Of a stretch of 64,000 bases of DNA, positions 1 to 11,800 are shown in pieces. The stretch is from Tubiluchus corallicola. Taxonomy: Eukaryota > Animalia > Priapulida. The DNA lies in NCBI GenBank assembly GCA_030141605.1, contig JAQGDQ010000559.1, positions 1 to 64,000 of the forward strand, read 5' to 3'. The notes below the pieces were generated by a model, which saw nothing but the letters and a program-made list of their open reading frames with translations, was not told the origin of the DNA and did not search any database. Position 1 is the stretch's first letter. Each line of letters begins with the position of its first letter. A program made the translations under genes and the position numbers.

Positions 1-626
1 TACTCCAACAAGTAGTTCCTTCTCTCCACGCAAAAATGAACAGTTGGCACGATGTCAAGAGCACGCGACACTACTGGCTGTTGCGTCTCAGTATGTCAGT
101 TTTTGTTTGATGAATTCAAGACGGTTTGATATTGTCAAACTTTGCTTGCCAAACTAAAAGTTTGTCAGTTTCGGTGTTTACACGATCAGTATAGTTTGTC
201 AAACTGAAACTGACAAATTAGTTTGACGAAAAAAAACTGATCGTCAAAATGCCTCTTAAGATGACGTAAAAGTAGTAAAAGCTCACTGGTCACAAACTAG
301 TAAAAGAAGCTGAGTCAATTATGAGGAGTTGCTTGAGTCAATTGCAGACAGCTTTTATATACACTTGAATTGGAGCGGCCCGTACTAGGCGTTTTTGAGT
401 CAATTAAACAACTGAGTCTATTAACTGTGAGTCTAATAAACGGCGCCTAGTGCATACATTTCACTGTACAAATAACGATATTACGTTGACGAAGGGTTAC
501 GTTCAAACCAATTTCAAAATGAGGAGGCTCCCCGTGGCTGTGGCAAGCATCAGAGCAGAGGCATGAAAGAAAATGAGTAATTGCGGCATTATAACGTACA
601 AAGTACAAGAGTAAAATTATTAAGTC

Positions 627-930
627 TGTGGTATAGTGGTAGTACGCGTGTGAGCTGTGTGTAGCTGTTTATGAACGTTTGAGTAATGGCAAAGCTATCA
701 AGACTTTGTTTGCGAAATAACACATTTATTAAATAACATCACAATAAATATAATAAATGGATAGCAATGCCAAGGCCCCTGATCTACAAGAGACGTCCTG
801 CGTGTAAGTGTGAAGTGTGACCAAGCTCTCCTGCTAGCTGGTGTCACGGCCTATATATGAGCTGCGTGCGCAGTCTGACAAGTGGGTCAACTCTTCGCCC
901 ACGTCGTCACGTGACACCACTCCTTAAGTT
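627..930 (-). mobile_element. Probable 3' LTR of an LTR retrotransposon with polypurine tract
   Basis: On the minus strand, purine-rich TAAGGAGTGG precedes TGTCACG at 916, followed by a TATA-like motif (~855), AATAAA (~727) and ...ACCACA ending at 627. Confidence 0.4.
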
Positions 931-2619
931 TCCCTTATTTGGCTTGGCTTCAGGAATACTCTTCTTAACATAATTATTTGAGATTTAGCATATTTTAACA
1001 GGTTCTCTTTACTACAAGTAAGTTCAAACTGATGATATTACAAAAGTTGTACAGTAAAATTTGGTTATTTAAACAAAAGATGATGCTCAAAAACTTTGTA
1101 AACTGGCCAAGAAAATTGAAAAGTGTCAGAAAGTCACAGTAAAATCATTTTCTTCTTGTTTTTGTCTAAAAGGATCAGGTGCACTTATACTTTCTCTGAT
1201 AATTTTTTTAATAAGCGTACATTTTTAATTACTTACATGGTTTAGCACACAAACCTCTTAATTATTATTAATATACCATGGTATCACAGTATTTTTACTG
1301 TTTTTTATTTTTGCTAATTTATAACTTAATCGCAAATTTTTCTCATTTATATCAGTCACAGAGAAAAAAGCAGAAGCATAATTGAACTAATTAACTTTGT
1401 ATTCAACAAGTTCAAGGATGTAATTGTCACCTAATCTTGTCACTGTTTCTTTTACAGATCACTTCAACTTGACTGTTACTTTCAATTAAATTATTGGATC
1501 TAGTTCTATAAAACAGATTTAATGTCAGAATGTTTCTGACAATATTTTTTTCTATAAATATTTTGTCAATGTTGTGACAACAGTGGGTACTAATGTTGTC
1601 ACAACACTCTCACAATATGGAATAAACTATAAAAAATATTGGTTCAATGTTGTGTCAAGTCACGTAATATTCCAGTTTCCAAAAAATATTGTGACAAAAT
1701 AGTGATAAAGTTGACTTAATTTTGTTGTGCTGCCTGGAAGGCAGCACAGTAATAGTAATAGTAAATTCATTTAGTTTTATAAACTTAATACATTAGTTAA
1801 GGCGTTAGTACGAATTATGCATATAAATATGACCGTATACGGTCACTCAGGCAGTCACCTGTTATTAGATGTTAGTAACATTAACACTGTGCCAGTGGCA
1901 ATTAATCAAAGCCGTAATTACATTAATTCATAAAAATATAAAGACAAACATATGTAACCTATGTGCATATTTGTATATAAAAACACTTAAAACGACTTTA
2001 TGTAATAGAATAGTAATAATAGCCATAATGAGAAAAGTAATACAGTCTTGCCAAATTTTTCTTTGAAGTAGATTAACGATTTCAAAGGAATCAAGAAGAA
2101 GAATGAAAATAAAAAGCCAAAACCTTAAACTAAAGACCATGGAGACACAGCTAATTTGGAATACTTAAATATTTTTAAAGATCTTTTATAACAAATTTTA
2201 CACAAAATATGTTTAGAAATTGGAAGTTATTAACTAGAATTATGACAGAAGTATTGTGTTGTAATGCCCTAGTGTTGTAATAATGAACATCAGATATTTT
2301 TGTAAAATAGTTGCTATGTAACACCGAATGCCAAATATTATAGTTTCTACGTGACTTACAAACTAGTTACCATTTTTTGTGAAAAAGCAAATTTCACGAT
2401 TTTGGAAGCAAAATTGCATAAGAAACATCTTCGTTGGACGCAACTTTGAGTCGTGCAGAAACGCCCGAATCATAGCGGGGATTTTTATTTTGACGGTGCA
2501 TACCGTACGAGGGAAATCAGTTATCCGCTAACATGAAAAACTGAAAATCTTCGCGCGTATTTAACATTAATGATTATTTTATTATTAATTATTGAAAGTC
2601 GGGTTACAATTAAATTATA

Positions 2620-5289
2620 ATGGCTGAAAGTAGCGTAAATTATTCTGTAAATTTAGTTCGGAAACTTTGCTCGCATTTAACAGGTTTGCCAGCTGATGAA
2701 GATTCTGTAACACCATTTTTGCAATATGCACTGTACACTTTGGGTACTACCAGCTTTAGTCATGGACACGATTCGAATGAATTTGAAGTTGCCGAACGTA
2801 TCAAGAAGAAAATGATGAAGCGAGGGAAGCAGCAGGATGCACTGAAATTTTCAGAATTATACCGAAAGTTGCAAGGACAGTCAATTCTACAAGACAGGTG
2901 GAAAATTCTAACTTTATTGTATGCGTTAAGCTGTGATAGTAATCAATCGAACAAAACGTACAGCAGTGGCACACGTTCAAATATTGCATTGTTCAGCTCT
3001 TCCTCCCCCATTTTAATCACATCACAATCAGGTACTATGATAAGTACTAGTCGCACTGGTAGTAGCCTGTCGGCTGTTACGGGAGTTAAAAGTGGAGCTT
3101 CAGAGAATGTTAATCGTTTTTCTTCAAGCTCGCTTAGTTTAGTTAAATCAGGTACATCTGCAACATCACGACCATTGGTTGGACATCAGCGGGAGAGTTC
3201 AGTTTTGCGTAGTTCATCGTCAAATATACCTGATGGAACTGTTGCTAGAGTGAAAAGCAGTTCTTTGACAACAGCAGGGCACTCTTTGCAGTTGCTCGAT
3301 TCTACTCCATCTGAACAAGAACTGCTGAGAGAACTAGTATTTACATGGCAAGGAATAGAAGGAAATCTTGTTGAGTATAGTCACCGTAATGACCGATTCC
3401 AATTAAAAGATAAAATACCAATACCAGGACATATTCGCCAGCTTGTAGAAAGAATAGCAGAATGTGGCTGGCTTCATAATAAAATTCGAAAATATTTGGA
3501 TAGTCGCTCATCTGGCCTTGCACTTGGCCTTGTAGGACAGAGTTTCTGTGCTGCATTGCAGGAACAACTACAGGAATACTACAAACTGATTGCTGTCTTT
3601 CATTCACAGCTTCAGCAGCACGAGGAAACAAATTCTCGAAATTTGAACTTGAAAATTGCCTTGCTATGGTCAGTTGAGCCCAAGCAAACGCTAATGGCAA
3701 TAGCGGGATTAATTGATGCCGTGCAAGGTAAAACAGGTGGTGCATTAGTATCAGTTATACATGCTCATATGTTTCATGGTGATCCTCACCGACAAGCATT
3801 AGCAAAGCATATTATAAACATTATATCAAAGCCCATCTATAGCATGTTATTAAAGTGGATTTATGATGGTGAATTAGTAGATAAATACAGTGAGTTCTTT
3901 GTGGCACTGGATGACTCTGTGAATGAAGATAAATTATGGCAGGACAAATACAGATTAAGAAAACCCATGATTCCAGAGTCGATAACTATGGAGCAGGCAC
4001 ACAAGATTCTGTTAATTGGCAAATCCATTAATTTTTTGCACAAAGTTTGCAGCGATACCAGTTTGACTAGGAGGCGAAGCAAGGAGGTTGCAACAGAAGT
4101 TTTAAGTACAGAAAAAGATGGGCAGCTGCAAACTATGATAGATAAAGCTTACACCGAAACAAGCCTGCACTTGTTGAATATTCTCAATAAAGACTTTAAC
4201 TTCTTTGAACATCTCAGGGCAATGCGGAGATACCTAATGCTGGGACAGGGAGATTTTATATTATGCTTGATGGATTTGCTTGAAGTACATTTAGCGAAGC
4301 CTGCAAATACGTTGTACTTACACAATTTAACTGGTTTGCTGGAGTCGGCAATCAGAGCAACTAATGCACAGTACGATGATGGTGATGTCTTGAAACGTCT
4401 GGATGTTCGTTTGCTTGAAATTTCTCCTGGTGATATTGGTTGGGACGTTTTCACATTAGATTACCACGTTGATGGACCAATAGGCACGGTGTTTTCTGAC
4501 GAATGCAAGACTAATTACCTGCAGATGTTCAACTTTTTATGGCGAGCTAAACGCATGGAGTATTTATTAAGCACTGTCTGGCGCATGTTGACATCAGAGT
4601 GTCGCTGTTTTTACACGACTGTGCCAGAATTGTCACCAATATTGCATCACAGCTGTCTCCTTGCTTCTGAAATGATGCATTTTACACAGCAAATGCAGTA
4701 TTATATCACATTTGAGGTTTTGGCTTGCTCTTGGGACGTGCTTTCGAACAAAGTGCACGAAGCAAAAGATTTGGACGACATCATTTCGGCTCATTCAGAT
4801 TTTCTCCAATCTGTCATCACACGGTCACTCCTTGGAAGAGAAGCGCAGACGATTCTGTATCAGCTGAGGGCAATATTCGACATCATTATTAAGTTCCAGC
4901 ATCTGACAGAGAAAGTCTTTAGCAAATCTATGGAAGAGCAGGAAGCTAGAAAGACTTACGCAAACTTGCCGGAACAACGAGCTCGTTTGGCACAATGGGG
5001 CAAGACTGCAGCAGAAGTGAGAGAAGAAGAAAAGAGACGATTACATTTTGAGCAGAAATACATCCCAGCCGTGAAGAGTAAACTACGCTTACTTTCTCAA
5101 TCTTACCAAGAAATGGTGCAAAAGTTTTTGTTGATGGTCAATGATGTTAATGATATCAGTCTTCAGTCTCTCAGCTTCCGTCTGGATTTTAACGAACATT
5201 ACAAAAGTCGAGATTCCCGTTTAAGGACTTCTCTCAGTTTTCAGAAAAAGCTGTCGACACTTGCTGGAAAACAGTGGTCATTTGGATGA
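2620..5289 (+). CDS. TUBGCP3: Gamma-tubulin complex component 3 (GCP3/Spc98), single uninterrupted 889-aa ORF
   Basis: GRIP1/GRIP2-family motifs typical of GCP3: GLVGQSFCAAL, HGDP, ILLIGKSINFL, RRYLMLGQGDF, LESAIRATNAQYDD, GDIGWDVFTLDYHVDGPIGTVF, FNFLWRAKRMEY, YYITFEVLACSW, LSFRLDFNEHY. AATAAA at 6265. Confidence 0.95.
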   Translation: MAESSVNYSVNLVRKLCSHLTGLPADEDSVTPFLQYALYTLGTTSFSHGHDSNEFEVAERIKKKMMKRGKQQDALKFSELYRKLQGQSILQDRWKILTLLYALSCDSNQSNKTYSSGTRSNIALFSSSSPILITSQSGTMISTSRTGSSLSAVTGVKSGASENVNRFSSSSLSLVKSGTSATSRPLVGHQRESSVLRSSSSNIPDGTVARVKSSSLTTAGHSLQLLDSTPSEQELLRELVFTWQGIEGNLVEYSHRNDRFQLKDKIPIPGHIRQLVERIAECGWLHNKIRKYLDSRSSGLALGLVGQSFCAALQEQLQEYYKLIAVFHSQLQQHEETNSRNLNLKIALLWSVEPKQTLMAIAGLIDAVQGKTGGALVSVIHAHMFHGDPHRQALAKHIINIISKPIYSMLLKWIYDGELVDKYSEFFVALDDSVNEDKLWQDKYRLRKPMIPESITMEQAHKILLIGKSINFLHKVCSDTSLTRRRSKEVATEVLSTEKDGQLQTMIDKAYTETSLHLLNILNKDFNFFEHLRAMRRYLMLGQGDFILCLMDLLEVHLAKPANTLYLHNLTGLLESAIRATNAQYDDGDVLKRLDVRLLEISPGDIGWDVFTLDYHVDGPIGTVFSDECKTNYLQMFNFLWRAKRMEYLLSTVWRMLTSECRCFYTTVPELSPILHHSCLLASEMMHFTQQMQYYITFEVLACSWDVLSNKVHEAKDLDDIISAHSDFLQSVITRSLLGREAQTILYQLRAIFDIIIKFQHLTEKVFSKSMEEQEARKTYANLPEQRARLAQWGKTAAEVREEEKRRLHFEQKYIPAVKSKLRLLSQSYQEMVQKFLLMVNDVNDISLQSLSFRLDFNEHYKSRDSRLRTSLSFQKKLSTLAGKQWSFG

Positions 5290-5372
5290 AGATGTAAAGT
5301 CTTATTGTTTAAATGATTGCTTATTACTTTCTGTTAGTCAGTTGTAGCTATGTTGCAAGAGTTCACTTACTG

Positions 5373-5933
5373 AAAGGAAAACCAGACGATTGTTTAGTCT
5401 CAATCTCATTTTGATTTAGTGTCCAAAATATACATTTTTTTGCCCATAAAAGTTAGCAATTACTTCTTATATTTGATGAATTACCTCAGAAAGTTAATGA
5501 ATGGCAACTGAACACAGCTATTGCTTACATCAGACACTAACCGCAGTTCGTGCAATGGTAGGCATCTTCCCTTGCGCGTCAAGCACGTTTGCATTCTTTG
5601 GCGTAAGTGTCACTGCTTAAACGCATTCTGTCACGAAAATGGGCTTTATGTATATGACATCAGTAACTAACACTGCAGTTCATGATCATGGTTATCACGG
5701 TACCGCCTTCTATTTGTCAGCCATGTGCACGTCACAAAAAGACGCAATTGCCAATCTTAGTAGATTCATTGAGAGTTGATAGTTTGATACTAGAAATTTT
5801 AACAAAGTTTGAGTTTCTGTGGTAATTATTATTTAATCTAAGCTTTGATTTAAAAAAAGCTATCGTATTTATCAATATTTTGAAGCATTCTTTATTCTGA
5901 ACTAATGTTTACACAATCGTCTGGTTTTCCTTT
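5373..5933. mobile_element. Non-autonomous TIR element in the TUBGCP3 3' region (Kolobok/Crypton-like ends)
   Basis: 21-bp inverted ends AAAGGAAAACCAGACGATTGT / ACAATCGTCTGGTTTTCCTTT; a partial sibling lies at ~20862-21135. Confidence 0.65.
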
Positions 5934-6384
5934 AATGGTTTTGCACTTAAAATCTGTGGAAACATTTTTTCTAAGTTGTCTTCGTTGAACATTGACTTTA
6001 ATAAGTACAAATATTGTTGATATTTAACACGGCTTACTGTACATCGTAGCAAACACTCCAATATGTAGATATTTCAATCTACACATTACATTATCATCAG
6101 TAGCAAGATGTCTGTGCATAAAGTCGAATTGTTGAAATGCAATGTATTTACATTTTTTTGGTATTTGCATTCTCACTACATTAATATATTTAATACTGTA
6201 GATACCTTGGTACTGATGACGATCTTATAATTATGTAGATTGAAATGCCTAGTCATTATTGGAAAATAAAATGTAATATAGAGCAATAGGCCAAAATGTG
6301 ATATATGAATAATTTAGTATTTCTGTATTTGTGCTATTGTTAATAGCGTTGCTATATTTAACTTATTACAATTTTTAAATTTAA

Positions 6385-6512
6385 TGCAAGTTTTGTTACT
6401 TTAAGTATTTTGTCCATTGACGAGCGGTCAATTAAGAGTCGTATTCTTGCAAGTTTTGTTACTTTAAGTATTTTGTCCATTGACGAGCGGTCAATTAAGA
6501 GTCGTATTCTTG
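6385..6512. repeat. 63-bp direct tandem duplication (2 copies)
   Basis: TGCAAGTTTTGTTACTTTAAG...GTCGTATTCT occurs at 6385 and 6448. Confidence 0.9.
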
Positions 6513-6714
6513 ATGCTGTAGTTTATGTTAGTTGCAGTTTACGTAATCAGTTTTTTATTTCGTAATAGTTCAAAGTGACATTGATTGTACATAGGTAGAA
6601 TCTCAACAAGAATCTTACTACATCGTAAAAGCTATTCATGTTAGAAAGATAATTCAAATTCAAATTGCAATTTCGTGTGAACATTAATAGGTTAAAGTAT
6701 GCATGTGTTTGATT

Positions 6715-7640
6715 GTTCATTAACATATACATTGATTAAAAGACATCAAAATTACTTCTACGTGGCTTACTGTTTAACATATATGTGGATTAAAAGACAT
6801 CAAAATTACTTCTACGTGGCTTACTGTTTAACATATACGTGGATTAAAAAACATCAAAATTACTTCTACGTGGCTTACTGTTTAACATATACGTGGATTA
6901 AAAAACATCAAAATTACTTCTACGTGGCTTACTGTTTAACATATACGTGGATTAAAAGACATCAACATTACTTCTACGTGGCTTACTGTTTAACATATAC
7001 GTGGATTAAAAGACATCAACATTACTTCTACGTGGCTTACTGTTTAACATATATGTGGATTAAAAGACATCAAAATTACTTCTACGTGGCTTACTGTTTA
7101 ACATATACGTGGATTAAAAATCATCAACATTACTTCTACGTGGCTTACTGTTTAACATATACATGGATTAAAAGACATCAAAATTACTTCTACGTGGCTT
7201 ACTGTTTAACATGTACATGGATTAAAACACATCAACATTACTTCTACATGGCTTAGTGTTTAACATATATGTGGATTAAAAGACATCAAAATTACTTCTA
7301 CGTGGCTTACTGTTTAACATATATGTGGATTAAAAGACATCAAAGTTACTTCTACATGGCTTACTGTTTAACATATACGTGGATTAAAAGACATCAACAT
7401 TATTTCTACGTGGCTTAGTGTTTAACATATACGAGGATTAAAAGACATCAACATTACTTCTACGTGGCTTAGTGTTTAACATACATGTGGATTAAAAGAC
7501 ATCAACATTACTTCTACATGGCTTACAGTTTAACATGTACATGGATTAAAAGACATCAACATTACTTCTACATGGCTTACTGTTTAACATATACGTGGAT
7601 TAAAACACATCAAAGTTACTTCTACATGTTTTACTGTTTA
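6715..7640. repeat. 54-bp minisatellite, ~17 copies
   Basis: Unit TGTTTAACATATACGTGGATTAAAAGACATCAAAATTACTTCTACGTGGCTTAC. Confidence 0.95.
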
Positions 7641-7824
7641 GGTGACTCCTTTCACTTGCAAGTAAGAGCAAAGAACTAGTGGCACGAGCATGATAATTAT
7701 TGTGTTTGCGTGGTAATAATTCTTTCACCTAAGTTATTTCTTGAAAAAATAGTATGTCCTGTCAGTATTTTAAAGAGTAGACAATTTTGACCTATTATTT
7801 AAGATTGGGTCCGGTTTTGTAGAT

Positions 7825-8585
7825 TTAAAAAAAATTAACATGATCCAGAAGAAAATAGTGCGTGCCATCTCTTTTTAGATTATAGGATTACTCACTACCA
7901 ATATTTAAAAGACTAAATTTTCTAAGTATTTAACTCCAAACCGTGATTTTCGTGCACGAAATCACTTATAAAGTATTGCCACTCTTATTATTGATTTTAA
8001 TGATCATTTTTGTTTGAATGCTGAAAAACGTAATTATTATCACTGCATACATTGCGATGCAAATCTAAGAAAATTTTAAATCAAATATCGTGGCACTTAT
8101 GTATGGAATTCAATTGCTTGGCGTTTAAAAGCGCGCTTAATTAACACATTATAACTGACTACTCTTTCTTGACTTTTGTTTTCATTTTTAATAAATTGCC
8201 TTCTTGGGTAAACTTTAGCTTTCATCTAAATGTATTTGCTGTATACATCTCCATTATAGTTTAATTAAGTGTTGCCTCTTCGACAAATGCGTAGTGAACA
8301 TGTTAAAATGTTGATCATTTCTTTGTACTAGTCCGTTTTTATGAATTGTTTTTATGTATTTATGAATAACACACATTATAAAGCTTTCAAATTATTAGTA
8401 ATAACTTACCTATTCATTACCAATTCTATAGTGACCTATTACAACCTTTGCTTCTTATTTCTCCAGCGCCGAAATGAATGTTTGTATCTGTACTTGCTTT
8501 AAGAATTACATGTCCTAATAATATTGTACTCTGTTTTGTAGATGCATCTGTTTTTATCTTGCGAAATAAATTGTGTGAATAAAAT
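7825..8585 (+). mobile_element. Decayed 3' end of a CR1/L2-group LINE
   Basis: Frameshifted remnants KKINMIQKKIVRAISF (~7830) and IKYRGTYVWNSI (~8080) resemble post-RT C-terminal motifs, followed by an AT-rich UTR ending in AATAAA. Confidence 0.45.
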
Positions 8586-8881
8586 TTACTGAAGACATTT
8601 GCTACTATCTAAAACATTTTTGTTAAGGGTAAAATCATTTTTGTGACAGTCGATAGGATGAAACGGCGTAAGAAAGTTATTTCAAAAAATTAATTTCTGT
8701 AATCCGGCACTCTTATTTCACCTAGTTAGTAGTCGTAAGAATTGGCAGTCAAAATTAAGCGGTGCGTTAAAGTAATATTGTGATAGCATGCATTGGCAAC
8801 TTGCGTTCTGTCGGCACTAAATTGAGTAAAAGATAGTGCTGAATCATTATCTAAGTTTGTGTAAAAAATCTTGAGAGAAAA

Positions 8882-11800
8882 ATGGAGTGTTTGATAGGAA
8901 TAGCTGGAAAAGATTTTGTCTTATTGGCTTCTGATACGACTGCTGCTAGAAGTATTGTTGTAATGAAAAGTGGTAAGTTTATACTCGTTACCCCTACTGT
9001 CCCTACGGGGAAACTGAATCTAGAGATTTTTCAAAAAGTTAAAAAACCTAAAGATTTTTACATCGCCCATGTAAAACTACGTTGTGGTAGTTTAGTTTAG
9101 TTTGGTCTACTTCAAGATGTTGCTACTACAAAACAAAAATTCAAGTTTCGCCAAATACTGAGATTTTTCATACACTACCCGATAAAAAGTCCGATAAAAA
9201 GAATACATTTAACACGTTTAATATAACTCGTAATCTGTTAAATTTTAGTTGTTTCTGAAAATTTTAGTCACCTGACGTGATTTGATAAAATTTAATTGTG
9301 TAGCGTAAGAATTTTTTAGTTCAGAGATCTCATTGTATTTTTAACTCTGTAAAGCTGATGAGCCATTTGGAAAGTCAGGCTAGTAAATTATTATTATTAA
9401 AGCAAAACTAGACACAAACTTAAACTGTAGGTCAAAACAATCTACTCTTTTAAATACTGAAAAGAAACATGCTATTTTTTCAAGAATAACTTACCTGAAA
9501 GAATTATTACCACACAAAGACAATTTCACATTTGTGCCACTCGTCATTTGCTAGTTAGACGGGCACTAGCGCCTTTATTTCGGAAACGCATTGCACAAAA
9601 AAACAAGTGTTGTATATTTCGGTTCAGATGTGTTAGTTTGTGACGAACTGCACATGTTCGACAGCTCATGCGTGAGCACAGCTTTAAATTTAAAATTTGA
9701 ATTTTTATCTCAAAACATGCCTAGTTTTAGTTCAACGCACTGAATCTCTTACAGTAGTACTGTACTTCAATTTTCGCTCTGGCAAACACGTACAACACGC
9801 TCGTGGAATATTTTTGCTGTTGAAAATTATGTTAATTTGTGATGCCATCAATAGTTGGGCTCAACTGCCGTTAATTAAGATCTTAACCTATTATTTAATT
9901 TTTGGTATGCATACTTTTTGCCTTACTGTATATGAAAAATCTTCCTGTCTTCCGTTAATTATATTATTATTATCATTTATTTTATTTGGAGTGCATTTTA
10001 TTTTGTCTACATGTTTTTTGCAGATCATGACAAGCTTTTCAAACTTGGAAATCACATGGCGATGATTGTATCGGGTGAAGCTGGTGACACGGTTGAATTT
10101 GCTGAATACGTTGGACGAAACATTCAATTGTACAAAATGCGTAATGGTGAGCAGTAGCAATCATATCTCCGGTTTGCCGGACCTCGCTTTTGCGGATATC
10201 CAAAGAATCAGACAAAGTCTCGCGAACTGCGGACACAGTCCATTGTTTCGCGAGCTGATCGCTAGTTGGCGTGTCATAAGTCATTTATTTCACATTACAC
10301 ATTTACAATGGTTTCACATACAATATCTAGTGAAAGGGCCTACAATGGATATAATACAAATAAGAAATACTGCACAGGAAAAGCCTCAAACACTGTTCAC
10401 TTATACACGAAGGTAAATGTGTTGCGGGCAATCAAAAAGCAGGGCTTGTTAGATTGTCCCACACAGTGATAGGAAAAAAAGTAGTGCCATCACTTTAGGC
10501 CTACATCCAAGCAGCGTGTAATGACACGCATTTGATTTGTATGTCAGCATGTTTAAGCGGTTTAATTAGTGTGCGTAAGTGCTTTAGAATCAATTATGTG
10601 GCTCTAATTATTTGAGTCAAATGCCGACAGTTTTTACATACTTTTTCATGGGAGCGGCTTGTACTAGATGTTTTTGAGACAATTAGGTAATTGATTCTGT
10701 ATTACTGTGAGTCTAATACACGACGCCTACTGTGTTAGTTTAGTGTCGGTAAATACGGACAATTGGCAAATTCGGGGCGACGTCTCCCCACTTTAGTCCG
10801 GGTAACCGAGTTATGAGGGTACTTCATAGTTTAGCTATAGATTTGTCTGTCCCAGTTGTCTGCATACTAACAAACTGCAAAGAAAAGATATTCTGTTTGA
10901 GTAAGTAAGTAAGTAAGTTTATTAGTTTATCACCATTTTTAAAATAGCAAAATACATAACTAAGAGATTTATAAATCTCTACAACATACAATAATATTAC
11001 AAAGTGCAAAAGTAATTATTGATTAGTGGTGAAAGGGTGACGAAAGAACTATAAGTTATTGAGGTCAGCCACTCTCTGAAACTAAACGCTAGAATCTGTG
11101 TCTAAATTAACTAATTTATTTCACACGAGGTACTTTTTTTGCAAAACTCACTAAAAACTTGATTAGCATAATGGCCCGAGCTACAAATGACTGTGATATG
11201 TTAGCTAAGAAAGGAGAGTTTATCCATGTATGCATGTACCCTAAAATGCCTTCTCGTAACTCATTCCTGACGGATACCTATATTTACCCATCATCTATGG
11301 CAGGGGTGTGCAAATTATTTGACTAGCCGGCCACATTAAACTTTCCCGCAATTCCTGCGGGCCACAGGCAGTTTGATCAAGGAGCCAAGTACAGAAAGGA
11401 ATAATAACGATTTTTTTGCATCCGACCTGCGTACATCATTACTACTACACTCAAGAAACTATTTTAGAAGTTATTAAAATTATATTGCAAACCATATATT
11501 TCTACTTTCAGGACAGATAGTGGTAATTTCATTACAACGCATGTTAGTAATGTGTATCACACAGTGTGTGTAGTACAGTGTTATTAAGCCAGAACCGTCT
11601 TATAAAGGTTAATGGCATCCGATCTAGTAGAAAAAACCACCCGCACTATCTTTGGGATCGTGGCACGGACTTCAGCTGGATACACTCAATTAATCGCTCG
11701 GGCCGAACTTTCATTAGGTTGACAAATCTCTTCGCGGGCCGCAATTCGCACATCCCTGATCTATGGGGTTATAAGCAAGGCCTTATTAAGTAAACTTTCC

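Noticed and set aside
1830-1845. Perfect 16-bp palindrome TGACCGTATACGGTCA upstream of TUBGCP3
   Set aside because: Isolated motif, plausibly from a transposon relic; no evidence of function.
3341-4454. Antisense ORFs within TUBGCP3 and others such as 30218-30760
   Set aside because: Shadow frames of real coding sequence with no recognisable domain.
6699-7679. Repetitive ORFs (TYTWIKRHQNYFYVAYCL)n
   Set aside because: Product of the 54-bp minisatellite; some units contain stop codons.
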